The notes beneath the pieces are model-generated. The model had not been told where the DNA came from and searched no databases. It was given only the letters and a program-made list of their open reading frames with translations. The translations under genes and the position numbers were made by a program. A stretch of DNA of 64,000 nt from Candidatus Heimdallarchaeota archaeon (GTDB taxonomy: Archaea > Asgardarchaeota > Heimdallarchaeia > Hodarchaeales > Hodarchaeaceae), in NCBI GenBank assembly GCA_048881705.1, contig JBHLSH010000002.1:1-64000 (forward strand), given 5' to 3'. This document shows, piece by piece, positions 37,442 to 48,257 of this stretch. Each line of letters begins with the position of its first letter. Position 1 is the first letter of the stretch.

Positions 37442-37978
37442 TCAGTCAACTGAGACAACGAGCTGATCAATAGGGATACGTCTACTAGGAATAGGTTTAT
37501 CCTCAGCGGAGTATCCAATAGCGATGAGCGCAATAGGTCGTTCAATAAATTGTGCTGGAACATGGGGTTTAAGGATATTAATGACTTCATGTTCTGAGAA
37601 AGCCCCAACCCAAACAGAGGCAAGACCGACGTTGGTACAAGCCAACTGTAAGTACGCAGCAATAATAGTAGCATCCTGGAGGGCATATAGAGTACGACCC
37701 CGTTCATGATATCTCGGGCTCGAAATCGATGGAGCCGCCGAAACTACAATCACAATGGGAGCTTGATTCAAGAAATCCTGATCAAGAGCTGCGCGTGCTA
37801 ATTGCTGACGCAAACGGCTATTTTTGACCAATATTAATCGCCCGGCTTGCAAATTACCTGCACTAGGAGCTCGTTGGCTTAATCGGATTACATCTTGGAG
37901 TTTATCGTCAGAAACGTGTTTTCCTGTAAAAAACGATCGACAGGAAAAACGTTCTTTGATTACTGTTTCAAATTCCAC
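37442..37978 (-). CDS. Nitroreductase family protein
   Basis: IKERFSCRSF, RAPSAGNLQ, NVGLASVWVGAF, LIAIGY; probable GTG start at 37978. Confidence 0.93.
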   Translation of the reverse strand: MEFETVIKERFSCRSFFTGKHVSDDKLQDVIRLSQRAPSAGNLQAGRLILVKNSRLRQQLARAALDQDFLNQAPIVIVVSAAPSISSPRYHERGRTLYALQDATIIAAYLQLACTNVGLASVWVGAFSEHEVINILKPHVPAQFIERPIALIAIGYSAEDKPIPSRRIPIDQLVVSVD

Positions 37979-38133
37979 GAAAATTACCTCGAAACGTATC
38001 CTTGTGAGTGACCTGGAGGATCTCTGAATCGTTTTTCGATCTTTCCTTGTCCAAATGAGGTTCCCAGATAACATGAAGGATAACGGATATCATTTGGATG
38101 GCGTTTTCCAAAATAAGGTTTTGAGATTAGAAC

Positions 38134-39018
38134 CTAAAGTTGCTTAGTATAATATACTGATTCGCTAGTTTCCCTAAAATTAAATTGTTTGAAGTAATCC
38201 ACTTGTGAATCATTTTCATTTAGTGTAGTGCTACAGTACTGATATTGACGATTCCCTAATTCCCGAATTGTTGCTTGAAGTAATTCTGAACTTGCTTCAG
38301 GAAAATCACTATGGATGGCAAATAGCATGATTTCTGAGTATCCCGTATCATCTCTACTAGCCATTCCACTTATTCCAACTGCTTTGCTATTGGATTTAAT
38401 TTTAGTCTGGATTATACAGTCGAGATCTAAATCTGAATCATAATATTGGATAATGTCATTGTCATCTTCCTTTTTTAATCGGGAATCATACTTGGTAATC
38501 TTTAGAATATCTTGACCAATAGAATCCAAAATCGAATGTTCAAATCTCGGATCGAAATCATATTCATTCTGGGTTTTTAATTCCCGTATGAAAATTGGAT
38601 AGGATCGTGAGCGAGAAAATCCTTTTTCCTCGAAAAAACATATCTGGTCTATCCATTCTTTCCTGAACCGTTGAATAAAGAATCTTGAGTTAAAATTGTT
38701 TATAGCATAGTTATAGACTGTATCAAACAAATGGTTTTGGATTTCACCACTTTTAATTTTGTATAGATTTGGTAACATCCAAGGATAACCTATTGGTGTT
38801 TCATTATTCCAATTAACACAACTTTCATATCCAATGGGTTCATCTCCATCATAAGCAAACAATTTACTGTTCGGATCAAAATTTGGTCTGCTGAAAAATC
38901 TTTCTTGGGTTTTATTTGGTTTCCAAGCCCATAGCAAACCTTTGGTTGCTTGAAGAAAAATGGATCTTTGAATGTCAAAATCAGATTCATTTTTGAACGG
39001 CCTATAACCTATAGCCAT
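38134..39018 (-). CDS. Two-domain GNAT-like acetyltransferase
   Basis: IGYRPF start, FFEEKGF and YFKQFNF motif-B-like ends, LLQATIRELGNRQYQYCSTT. Confidence 0.6.
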   Translation of the reverse strand: MAIGYRPFKNESDFDIQRSIFLQATKGLLWAWKPNKTQERFFSRPNFDPNSKLFAYDGDEPIGYESCVNWNNETPIGYPWMLPNLYKIKSGEIQNHLFDTVYNYAINNFNSRFFIQRFRKEWIDQICFFEEKGFSRSRSYPIFIRELKTQNEYDFDPRFEHSILDSIGQDILKITKYDSRLKKEDDNDIIQYYDSDLDLDCIIQTKIKSNSKAVGISGMASRDDTGYSEIMLFAIHSDFPEASSELLQATIRELGNRQYQYCSTTLNENDSQVDYFKQFNFRETSESVYYTKQL

Positions 39019-39320
39019 TTTTGCTTCTCCTTAAACAGCTGTAAATCCTTTTATGATTTGAAAAATTGAATCTTGTTTTTCAGTTTTTTCAAATCCTGAA
39101 GAGATTTCTATTGCGTTTGTTCGATGACCTATAATCGCGAATCAGGGCTTAAATGTTAGAAAATATTCTAAAATCGTAATTAAAATGTCTTTGAAATCCC
39201 TGGGTGACCACATTGAGTATAAAAGCGAAGAACTGTAGTTTTTTAAGTTTCAAATTGAGGATACACGTTTTTCGAGAATTATGAGGAGGGGTTAGTTTTT
39301 ATAGAATTATCTAGATTCTT

Positions 39321-40610
39321 TTGGATGACAACTTTCGAGGACGAGATCATTTGGTCGAGGTGAATAAATCGCTGGCGGAGCAATTACCAAAGAAACGGTC
39401 GAACTTGCTAAGCCGCGCGAAGAATTTCATTTTCTCAACAGCTGTTGGGGATAGTGCATCAAAATTATGTCGGCTTAATTTTCAGTTTGGATTAGCCAAA
39501 ATGCATCTTGTCCAAGAGGATTTGGGACTTCAAAGCGATGCTTCCTTTATTTCGGCCCCTGATTGCACGATTTCGCGAAATGTTCATCGCTGGCGTAATG
39601 GAATCGGCTACGGAGGTAAGGTTACATGGGGAGACGGCGCACACCCTCTCGTTTTCATCGATACTATGCCCAATGCTTGTGGAATGCTGGTAGGGGCTCT
39701 AGAAGAACCTCCTGATCCTACTAAATTGATACAAAGAATCCATGAGATGAATGATTCATCTGGTGAAGTGGAAATTGCTGGTGTACCCCTCCACTGGAAT
39801 TATGGAGCAGGAAATCACTTTATTAATGTATTCGATGTTGTACCCAATCCCGCGGTCGCAACTTCTGTAGAATTTCCCCCTCATGCTTTCATCACCCATT
39901 CTTCACCGAGTGAGCTGAAGAATGATAATAATCCAAAAAACCTCGGATTCTACTATCACAAAAGCAAGCGTCTGCAAGAAATTGCAGAAGTCTTTGAAAC
40001 CCCCTTTGGTGACATAAACTACCTTATCGATGATGCAGCATTAAAATATTATGAATTTTATAAATGGGCAGAAGAATTTGGAGCAAAACGTCGGGAATTA
40101 GCCGCGAATCTCCTTTTTGAAGATGGATACAAAATTATCTCGAATCATTGCCATCAAGGAATGGTTCATCCAAATGAAGTCGTTTTGGGGAGCCATGTAT
40201 TCAAGACAAATGATCCAGAGTTCTATCCATTAACCTTAAGAGCAGATCTACCCTGCTATCTGATGAGAGGGATCCCTAATTTTACCGAGGAAGCCTTAGA
40301 AACCTTAAATTTTCGAGAAAGAAGTCAACATTTAGGATTGGAAGAACGTCTCCTAAATGCCAACATTTTACCTCACGGGGGCGGTTATACATTTCCACAT
40401 ATAGTTTCAGTTCCAGAAATCTTTGAAACTGTGGAGAAACGGAGGTATTTCTCCGTTGACATGGGAACAGGGATCGGAACCTTGATATTTGAATCTCCCC
40501 GAGAGCTCCAGTTTTCTTATCGGGGACGTAACGTTGTTATTCATACTGTAGAACTGGGACTAGGTGAAATTGTTGCACAAATGGTCCCACGATATGCACT
40601 AAAGATATGA
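39321..40610 (+). CDS. rtcB: Divergent RtcB-like (3'-phosphate RNA ligase fold) protein
   Basis: Motifs in RtcB order: APDC..GIGYGG, PNACGM, GAGNHF, ITHSS, NHCHQG, LPHGGG; C-terminus SYRG..VAQMVPRYALKI resembles AYK..VARLRPxxxxKG. Confidence 0.72.
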   Translation: MDDNFRGRDHLVEVNKSLAEQLPKKRSNLLSRAKNFIFSTAVGDSASKLCRLNFQFGLAKMHLVQEDLGLQSDASFISAPDCTISRNVHRWRNGIGYGGKVTWGDGAHPLVFIDTMPNACGMLVGALEEPPDPTKLIQRIHEMNDSSGEVEIAGVPLHWNYGAGNHFINVFDVVPNPAVATSVEFPPHAFITHSSPSELKNDNNPKNLGFYYHKSKRLQEIAEVFETPFGDINYLIDDAALKYYEFYKWAEEFGAKRRELAANLLFEDGYKIISNHCHQGMVHPNEVVLGSHVFKTNDPEFYPLTLRADLPCYLMRGIPNFTEEALETLNFRERSQHLGLEERLLNANILPHGGGYTFPHIVSVPEIFETVEKRRYFSVDMGTGIGTLIFESPRELQFSYRGRNVVIHTVELGLGEIVAQMVPRYALKI

Positions 40611-40915
40611 AGAACGTTTTTTGGTCCTTCGACGGGTATGAGTGGGAAACATCGATTCAAATCTCAATTAGATCTTAAAAAAGGCGCTGTGATCCCTATT
40701 CATATCCTCATCGGAATTCATGAAAGATGAGTCCTTTATTATTTCTCTCCAGGCGATTGTTGTGATATTTCATCATTAACTCTGGAAATACAAACACAAC
40801 AGAATTTGAAGTACTTCAATGCTTTCAGATTCCCATGCGCCTACCAGTTAATAAATCGAAACGGTGCCTCCTTTTCTGCATCAAAGTTGCCTCCTAATTA
40901 CATGAGTGAACCTAG

Positions 40916-43885
40916 ATGAACAATTCTGGTAACACTTTTTGGGGATTTATAGAGCAGAGCATTAAAGGGTTTCGTTTTCGGTTATTCCTCTTTATCTTCG
41001 TAATTTATATTGCAGGGGCGACGCTCGATGTTACTAATACCAACCCAGGTTCGCGTTTCATGTTAACGAAGGCAATTGCCAAGTATGGTGAATTTTCAAT
41101 CCGCCCTGAGGATCAAGAAAGGTACAGTTACTTGGATTACTCGGTTTTTAACGGCAGCATTTTTTCCGATAAAGCCCCGGGAATCTCTTTGTTGGGAGTC
41201 CCTATTTATTGGATAGGAGAATTTTTCGCAGTAAACCTATTGGGAGTGGATCCGAACAACTGGCAACTTGTAGACGATGTCATCAAGTTTCTGTTCATGT
41301 TTTGTGTCCTAGCTTTTGGTGCATTTGTGACAGTAAAAATGTACGACCTATTACATATGGTCAATGTATCCCATAGGAATGCCCACATAACAGCAGTCTT
41401 TTTTGGACTAGGAAGTTTGTTTTACGTTTACATTGGTACTCTCTTCTCTCATGGCATAACTGCGGGATTTCTTGTTCTTGTACTCTATTACGGTACCTCC
41501 TTCCGTCAAGAACTCAAAGCAAACTCTCTCTTATGGAGTTCGATTTTTTCGGGATTCGCAATTGTTTGTGATTATGTTCTCCTTTTCTTATTGCCCTTCT
41601 TCTTTTTATACATCTTTATACCTTTCCACTGGAATTTGAAAGATATGAAGAGATATTGGAAGGCGTATCTGAAGAGCTATGGCTCATTTCTAACGCTGTA
41701 CATCATTCCATTAGTACTGTGCGGTTTCTTGGTTCTTTTCTACAATTTTGCGGCGTTTGGAGACCCATTTACGACTCCTTATAGTTACTCTCAAGCTTTC
41801 TGGGACAAACAACACTTCGCAAACTCACAACAATATGGATTTGATGTCTTAGTGTTCTCACGGCACCATGGCCTCTTAGCATTCATGCCAATTCTCTTGG
41901 TGTCTGTTTTTGGGCTCTTCTTCATGTTGAAACGTACCCCAGCATTGGCAGTTCTGACCATTACAATTCCATGTTGGATACTACTGTTATATAGTAAATA
42001 TTTCCTGCCTTCAGGAGGACTGGCTTATGGCCCCCGCCATCTTGTGTCTATCACACCTTTCTTAATTATCCCATTAGCATTCTTACTGGATGCCCGCCGC
42101 TCACCTTCACCATTCTCCTCAATGAGAAATCTGATTTCATCGATTTTTGTTTTAATTCTAAAAATAGGAAGTCTGGTTCTTGGTTTGCTAACTTTTTTGA
42201 TTTCTTTTGCTGGCGCATGGGTAGGAGTGTATCCTTTGGGTGGAGAAGGAATGCTCGATCCTATTTGGGGAACGGCCGATCAAATTGGCCATATGGACGT
42301 TCTATTGAGCTGGTTTCAATTATCCATCGAGACCCATGGGCGAATATCAATCGAGGTTTTAAACGGGGTCTATGAAGGTGGTTTTCAATTGGATTTCATA
42401 TTATTTAGGTTTAAAGTGTATCTTACGGGATTTGTCGCTTCGTCTCTGGCAAGGGGAGAAGTCAATGTCTTTGTAGCTCTATTATTTCTCGGAATTCTTG
42501 TCAACCCCTATTTATCTCCTTTGGAAATTGCTGATAGACTTGCAAAAAGAATCGCTCCTTGGACTCAGTTGCAAAACCAGAAAAGGTTACTAACTGGATT
42601 TATAGCTGCTCTCGCAGGGATGATTGCACTATTTACAATATGGTTTACGCTAGAATTAGTAGCTCCTCTTGGACAGGTTAGTCGGTCGTCGCTTTTTATC
42701 TTTGAATCAGAAATGACTAGGCTATACAAACAGATCGAACACATACCGCTAATTAACTATGTCTTCGCCGGAATAGGATTTTCTATTTTGTTCATTTTAA
42801 AATTGATACTTTTATCAACAGTCGAATTTGCATTGGGAACCTTAGTGTTAATCTCCGCGATTTTTGTTTCTGTAACGACGATTACTTGGATTCCTTTTAG
42901 GCAGATTCAGATCCTGGATAAAATTCAAGAATCTAACACCTTAAAGCCCATGATCAATAAGAATGCGGGTCAGATACCGACTCAATATTGGCATCATTTT
43001 TCGATCTTTCAGCCATATCTAAAAACAAGTTTTCTGAGTTCTGCACTTTATATGTTAATATGGGGTTATATCGTCGTATTTAAAGTTTCTAATCTTTCTT
43101 TTTACTCTAATCTCGCAATAATTGTGTATTCAGTGGTGTTCGCAATACTCGTCACGGTTGCATTAACTCCCTTTCTAATGAATACCCCCAGTAAAGATCA
43201 AAGGAAATCACAAGATTTCCCTACCCAGAAGATTTCTCAATCGACACCCACTCCTCAGTCACCCGGTATTCCTTTTCACCAGATTCCTTTGATTTTCCTT
43301 TCCTTTGTGACAATTATCTTAATAGGTGGTCACATCTTACTAGATGTCCTCTCTAAAGGGATGAGTCTTTCTGATTTTCTTTTTTTATTACCCCCCACAT
43401 CCCTAACTAGCGTAAGGGATTGGTTTATCCCTGTGGAATACCCAATACCGGTTTTCTTAACAATTGCCTTCATTCTTGTATTGATTATAGTTTTAATTGG
43501 ACTTTATCCTGTCGCTGCAGAATTTGGAGGCTGGAGAATCAAATTACCTACGATTCCAAGCGAGGTCCAGCTCAAATTGGAGACGAAAGGATCCCACCTT
43601 TCTCGTTTTCAAAGTATCCTTTTTTTTGGTTTTTTACTTATTTTATTCGACTTCTTGCTACTGACAAACTTGTACGCAACTTTGTCAACTGTTCCTGACC
43701 CGAATCTTCTACCAAAACCATGGGAGGATTATCCAGAGGAAGTAGTTCTCTTGGGGTGCATAATCCTAGGATATGCCATTTCGTTAATCTGGGCAGGAAT
43801 AGAGTATGTGCAATCGATACGCTCTTCCAGTCATAACGGAAACCTTAGTCACGCAATGGTCGATTTTAATATTGTTGATCCATAA
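40916..43885 (+). CDS. Large polytopic membrane protein with N-terminal GT-C-like glycosyltransferase domain
   Basis: Luminal loop SRFMLTKAI..DYS..FSDKAPGISLLGVP after TM1; late-loop YGPRHL; more than 20 TM in total. Confidence 0.6.
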   Translation: MNNSGNTFWGFIEQSIKGFRFRLFLFIFVIYIAGATLDVTNTNPGSRFMLTKAIAKYGEFSIRPEDQERYSYLDYSVFNGSIFSDKAPGISLLGVPIYWIGEFFAVNLLGVDPNNWQLVDDVIKFLFMFCVLAFGAFVTVKMYDLLHMVNVSHRNAHITAVFFGLGSLFYVYIGTLFSHGITAGFLVLVLYYGTSFRQELKANSLLWSSIFSGFAIVCDYVLLFLLPFFFLYIFIPFHWNLKDMKRYWKAYLKSYGSFLTLYIIPLVLCGFLVLFYNFAAFGDPFTTPYSYSQAFWDKQHFANSQQYGFDVLVFSRHHGLLAFMPILLVSVFGLFFMLKRTPALAVLTITIPCWILLLYSKYFLPSGGLAYGPRHLVSITPFLIIPLAFLLDARRSPSPFSSMRNLISSIFVLILKIGSLVLGLLTFLISFAGAWVGVYPLGGEGMLDPIWGTADQIGHMDVLLSWFQLSIETHGRISIEVLNGVYEGGFQLDFILFRFKVYLTGFVASSLARGEVNVFVALLFLGILVNPYLSPLEIADRLAKRIAPWTQLQNQKRLLTGFIAALAGMIALFTIWFTLELVAPLGQVSRSSLFIFESEMTRLYKQIEHIPLINYVFAGIGFSILFILKLILLSTVEFALGTLVLISAIFVSVTTITWIPFRQIQILDKIQESNTLKPMINKNAGQIPTQYWHHFSIFQPYLKTSFLSSALYMLIWGYIVVFKVSNLSFYSNLAIIVYSVVFAILVTVALTPFLMNTPSKDQRKSQDFPTQKISQSTPTPQSPGIPFHQIPLIFLSFVTIILIGGHILLDVLSKGMSLSDFLFLLPPTSLTSVRDWFIPVEYPIPVFLTIAFILVLIIVLIGLYPVAAEFGGWRIKLPTIPSEVQLKLETKGSHLSRFQSILFFGFLLILFDFLLLTNLYATLSTVPDPNLLPKPWEDYPEEVVLLGCIILGYAISLIWAGIEYVQSIRSSSHNGNLSHAMVDFNIVDP

Positions 43886-44034
43886 GGATGGTCAAGTACG
43901 AGTTGTAAAGAGTGATCAAATTTGACATGGGCGATTTTGTTTTCAGATTAACCACAAGGGCGAACCCATTTCCCTAACGGGGGTAACACCTTGTGTCGAG
44001 AAAAATGGTAAGCGGAATTTCCTGTCTAATCACT

Positions 44035-45993
44035 CTACCTGCCCACAAATCGCTTTAATTTCTTGAATAGATTGTAATCATGAAATGCTGCTATTGTTAG
44101 GGCACCAAAATTACCGATGAATGCAATAAAAAGTATTTTCAAATGATTATTTTGAAAATGCAGAATAACTGTTGTTGGTTCTATGTCTTTAATTTCCATA
44201 AAGCCAACTTCAGATTCTCGATCTACTTGATGACCGGAATGAGATTCCACAATCCATTTTGGATGATGGGCCACCTTGATTGTAAGATTAACAGTACTTT
44301 GATTGCTTGCCACGGATATCGAAATTTTATCTGGAGAAAGGTATTCTAGGTTTGCATTCCCAGACGGATAGACATCCACCAATGTAATATTTTCAGGTGT
44401 TTCCCATAACCATTTACTCTGTTCATCATCAGTGGTAATCTTTTTCCAATCTCCAGCCAAGGAATAGTCGTTTTTTCCCGCTATCATCCATTTAACACCA
44501 TATTTCTGGGGATTACCTATTACATCGGCAATAAGTGTAGAGTTTGGCCTGTATTTCTGTGTACTAGGAGGAGTATTTTGAAACCAGTTTAGTCGTACGC
44601 CGGGAGGGTTCCATCCATCAAAATAGGGTTTGTCTGCCAAGATTGGCAGAAAAGCCATGTGATCACCTTGGTATCCTTTGGGACATGCGTAGTATAGCCC
44701 CGCACGGTTTTTCAATTCCTCCGCCACTGGCACTAGGTCTCTCCATTGATTATCATCAAAATCTTGGTAACCATAGTTGACAATTCCATTCTGAGCTTCT
44801 GCCAATGGTAAAAGCAGCACGATCAATAGAAATACCGATGATCCCCACCCCCTGACCCCTCTTACTGCGATAAACACCACCAGGATGTGAGTTATTAGAA
44901 TAAAACGCAATACGTCCATCCCTCGAAGCATTAAGGGCAACATGGCATTTGTCTCTTGATAAAACATTAAAATCCCTGTAAAAGCAATAAAGAAAGTTGC
45001 AATTGCCAGACCCATTTCATTTGTATTCAGCTTTTCGCTTTTCAGGGACAAAGCAAATAGTGCCAAGAACATGAATATGAAAATACTCAGGTAGCTGTAA
45101 ATTATATCTCGTAAAACTCTTAAGAACCAATATATTTCTCCGGGTCCATCTGTAAAGACAGATAAGGATCGAGACGAGACAAGAATTAGCCCTATAGGCT
45201 GTTGAAAAAAATCAATCATCAAAAAGAATATCCAGCCAAATGGAATAAGCCAGGTACTGTTTCTTCTAATAAGGCGTGTTAGTTCACTTTTAAGAACATT
45301 CCATAATTGTTCGGGCTCATTCTGATCAATATTATTGGCTTTTTCCTCTGATGACGTTTGTAAGGGATTTGGGTTATCAGAATTATGCTTCAAGCCTTTT
45401 TTTGTTCTATCAAAGAAATAGATTAGCTCTGTCAGGCTAACAATAACAAAAAAGAACCCAAACATCATGAAGTGAGTTAAACCTAGTAGACATGCCAATA
45501 AAATAGTGCTAGCTCGCTTGTTATCATAATAGAATCCCAATCCAATAACAAGCAGAGCAATTCCAATATGGGTGGGCGCTCGAGAATAGAACATGAAATT
45601 TGTATTTAGATTAGGTAGAGTCATGACGAACAAAGATCCGAGCAGAGAACTGACTTTATTTTTCCCGAGTCGTGTAGAGGCGAAAAAAACGGCTAAAGAA
45701 ATTATCAGGTGAGCAATTATTAAGAAAATCACGTATGATTGATCTGATGCAAAAAATAAGCCCAAAATCCAAAGAAGGAAGGTAGTATTTGGAGGATATT
45801 GTTCCAAAAAGGGAGTTCCAGTGTACCAACTAGGATTCCACTCTCCATTAAGCCCATTTTCCTGAAAAAAGACTAATCGAAAAAGATGTGCTGAAAAATC
45901 GACTCCAGCTGGTCGTGAGAAGAAAAAAGGAAAATAAATCCATAACCATAGGAAAATGATGGCTAGAATCGCAATCAGATCTAGATGATCCAA
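44035..45993 (-). CDS. GT-C-like membrane protein (PTPS-related/YfhO-like domain)
   Basis: GVDFSAHLFRL..WNPSWYTGTPFLEQYPP after TM1; soluble C-terminal domain followed by a terminal TM. Confidence 0.7.
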   Translation of the reverse strand: MDHLDLIAILAIIFLWLWIYFPFFFSRPAGVDFSAHLFRLVFFQENGLNGEWNPSWYTGTPFLEQYPPNTTFLLWILGLFFASDQSYVIFLIIAHLIISLAVFFASTRLGKNKVSSLLGSLFVMTLPNLNTNFMFYSRAPTHIGIALLVIGLGFYYDNKRASTILLACLLGLTHFMMFGFFFVIVSLTELIYFFDRTKKGLKHNSDNPNPLQTSSEEKANNIDQNEPEQLWNVLKSELTRLIRRNSTWLIPFGWIFFLMIDFFQQPIGLILVSSRSLSVFTDGPGEIYWFLRVLRDIIYSYLSIFIFMFLALFALSLKSEKLNTNEMGLAIATFFIAFTGILMFYQETNAMLPLMLRGMDVLRFILITHILVVFIAVRGVRGWGSSVFLLIVLLLPLAEAQNGIVNYGYQDFDDNQWRDLVPVAEELKNRAGLYYACPKGYQGDHMAFLPILADKPYFDGWNPPGVRLNWFQNTPPSTQKYRPNSTLIADVIGNPQKYGVKWMIAGKNDYSLAGDWKKITTDDEQSKWLWETPENITLVDVYPSGNANLEYLSPDKISISVASNQSTVNLTIKVAHHPKWIVESHSGHQVDRESEVGFMEIKDIEPTTVILHFQNNHLKILFIAFIGNFGALTIAAFHDYNLFKKLKRFVGR

Positions 45994-46165
45994 AAAAAAG
46001 CTCTTCAGATCATTTGCTACAAATTTTCCCTTTTTGAATTTTATAGTGTGTCCTCCTTTGATCTAGGAATATCTTGATAAAATCCATTCCTCATGATATG
46101 AAACGAGAGTCCAATTAATCTTATTTAAATATCTGGGTACAAATGAATCTCCAAACCATCTCACA

Positions 46166-46522
46166 TTAATGAAGTTCGTTTGGATTCACCAGTTGGAACC
46201 AATGACCATCTGGATCCGTAAATGTTAGGCAGTTTTTACTTCCATCTATTCCCTTGAATACTAATCCTTTGGTTTTCAACATACTTGATGATTTTTCTAA
46301 GTTGTCAGTATACAAAACTAACCCTACTGATGTTTCTTGATAGTCTTGAACCTTATGAGGGAATCCTTGTCTTAACAGTATCTCTGTTTCCCCTAATTTT
46401 ATCCAGACTACATCTTTTTGTTTCGTCACTAGCTCAAAATTCAATATATCGCAAAAAAAGTCTTTAGATGCATTGATATCCCTCACAAATAGTTCAATAT
46501 GACCAATTTTCATATTTATCAT
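46166..46522 (-). CDS. VOC/glyoxalase family protein
   Basis: IGHIELFVRDINASKDFF..FTDPDGHWFQL. Confidence 0.92.
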   Translation of the reverse strand: MINMKIGHIELFVRDINASKDFFCDILNFELVTKQKDVVWIKLGETEILLRQGFPHKVQDYQETSVGLVLYTDNLEKSSSMLKTKGLVFKGIDGSKNCLTFTDPDGHWFQLVNPNELH

Positions 46523-46631
46523 CTTTTTATTTAGTAATTATTTGATTGAATAGCAGTTGTTATCTATTGCGTTTTTTTACTGAATTCCAGCTCAAAGGCT
46601 ATATCTGGATTCAAACCTGTTCCGTTATCGA

Positions 46632-48257
46632 ATGGTTGAAAAGATTTTAAAGCCCGAGCTACGAGTTATTGGTATGTTAACAATTATTGGAGGTACTCTT
46701 ATTGATGGTACAGGAAGACCTCCTGTGGAAAACCCTGTTATAGTTGTTTCTAGAAGTAAGATCCTTAAGGTGGGAACTGAGATGGAGGTTGATATACCCA
46801 AAACCTCCAAAATCATTGATACAACAGGCAAGACGATTATTCCAAGTTTCATTGATTCTCATACTCATTTCCTGCTTATGGGAATCCGATCATTATCGCA
46901 TCTAGATTTATCTCAAACAAAATCGATAGCAGAAGTACTAAAAAAAATCGGGGGAAAACTCAGAACGTTTCCTGAAGGGGCTTGGTTATATGGGCATGGA
47001 TGGGATGAAAGTAACTGGCAAGAACGCCGCTATCCGACGAAAAAGGATCTGGATAGTGTTTCTCCCGATAATCCAATCAGTCTAACACCCATGTATGGAC
47101 ATTTAATGGTGGTAAACAGCCGCGCTCTGAAACTCGCTGGGATTACGCAGTCAACTCCGGAACCTAAAGGAGGTAGGATCGACCGGGATCCCAGTACTAA
47201 AGAGGCAACGGGTATTCTTCGTGAAGAAGCAATGGGATTAATAGGGAGTCTCAAACCTCCCACTTCAAAGGAAGAATATGTTGCGGGAATACAAAAGGCC
47301 TGCGAAATCACGTTGAGCTGGGGTTGTGCAAGCATCCATGAACTTGGCTTGAAAGCAGCGGAAATTCAAGCTTACCAGCTTGCATGGGAAAAGGGCATAC
47401 TTAATGTAAGATCATATCTAATGCCAGATGTTCGGGATACAGAATCGATGTTGGATGGATTGGAAGTTCTAGGAATAAAAACAAGTTTTGGAAATGAATT
47501 TCTAAGATTAGGTCCAATCAAAATATACGCTGATGGTTCAATGGGAGCACGAACAGCCGTTTTTTACGATCCATATTCTGACGATTCTTCAAGTTCGGGA
47601 TTATTAACTATTTCACCCAAAACACTTGAAGAAAGAGTGATCAGGGCCCATAAATTAGGAATCCAGGTAGCAATCCACGCTATAGGGGATAGAGGGATTG
47701 ATGTGGCGCTGGATGCGATTGAAGCCGCTTTGACACTAGATCCAAGGAAGAATCATCGTCATAGGATAGAACATTGTGAAATTCTAAACCATAATCAAAT
47801 TCAAAGAATAAAACGCCTTGAGATTATCCCCTCAATGCAACCTAACTTTGTTGGAGAATGGGGACAATCCGGTGGTATGTATGAGCAACGTATAGGCCCG
47901 CGGATAGCCAATAACAATCCTTACAGAAAGTTACTGGATGCCGGTGTTGTCGTTTGCTTTGGATCTGATTGTGGATATTGCCCACCATGGCCCTTCAATC
48001 CACTCTATGGCCTATGGGCCGCCGTTAACCATCCCATAAAAAAATATCAGATCTCAATACCCGAGGCTGTAAAATGCTACACCCTTAATGGAGCTTATGC
48101 TTCCTTTGAAGAAACTCTCAAGGGATCTATCGAACCCGGGAAATTTGCAGATATTGCGATTCTTTCAGAGGATCTGAATTCTATTGCCCCCGATGAAATC
48201 AGGAATGTTAAGGTCGATCTGACAATGGTGGAAGGCCTTGTAAAATGGAAGAGATAA
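46632..48257 (+). CDS. Amidohydrolase 3 family (YtcJ-like) metallohydrolase
   Basis: PSFIDSHTH, IKIYADGSMGARTA, IHAIGDRG, HRIEHCE, FGSDC, KGSIEPGKFADIAIL. Confidence 0.93.
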   Translation: MVEKILKPELRVIGMLTIIGGTLIDGTGRPPVENPVIVVSRSKILKVGTEMEVDIPKTSKIIDTTGKTIIPSFIDSHTHFLLMGIRSLSHLDLSQTKSIAEVLKKIGGKLRTFPEGAWLYGHGWDESNWQERRYPTKKDLDSVSPDNPISLTPMYGHLMVVNSRALKLAGITQSTPEPKGGRIDRDPSTKEATGILREEAMGLIGSLKPPTSKEEYVAGIQKACEITLSWGCASIHELGLKAAEIQAYQLAWEKGILNVRSYLMPDVRDTESMLDGLEVLGIKTSFGNEFLRLGPIKIYADGSMGARTAVFYDPYSDDSSSSGLLTISPKTLEERVIRAHKLGIQVAIHAIGDRGIDVALDAIEAALTLDPRKNHRHRIEHCEILNHNQIQRIKRLEIIPSMQPNFVGEWGQSGGMYEQRIGPRIANNNPYRKLLDAGVVVCFGSDCGYCPPWPFNPLYGLWAAVNHPIKKYQISIPEAVKCYTLNGAYASFEETLKGSIEPGKFADIAILSEDLNSIAPDEIRNVKVDLTMVEGLVKWKR

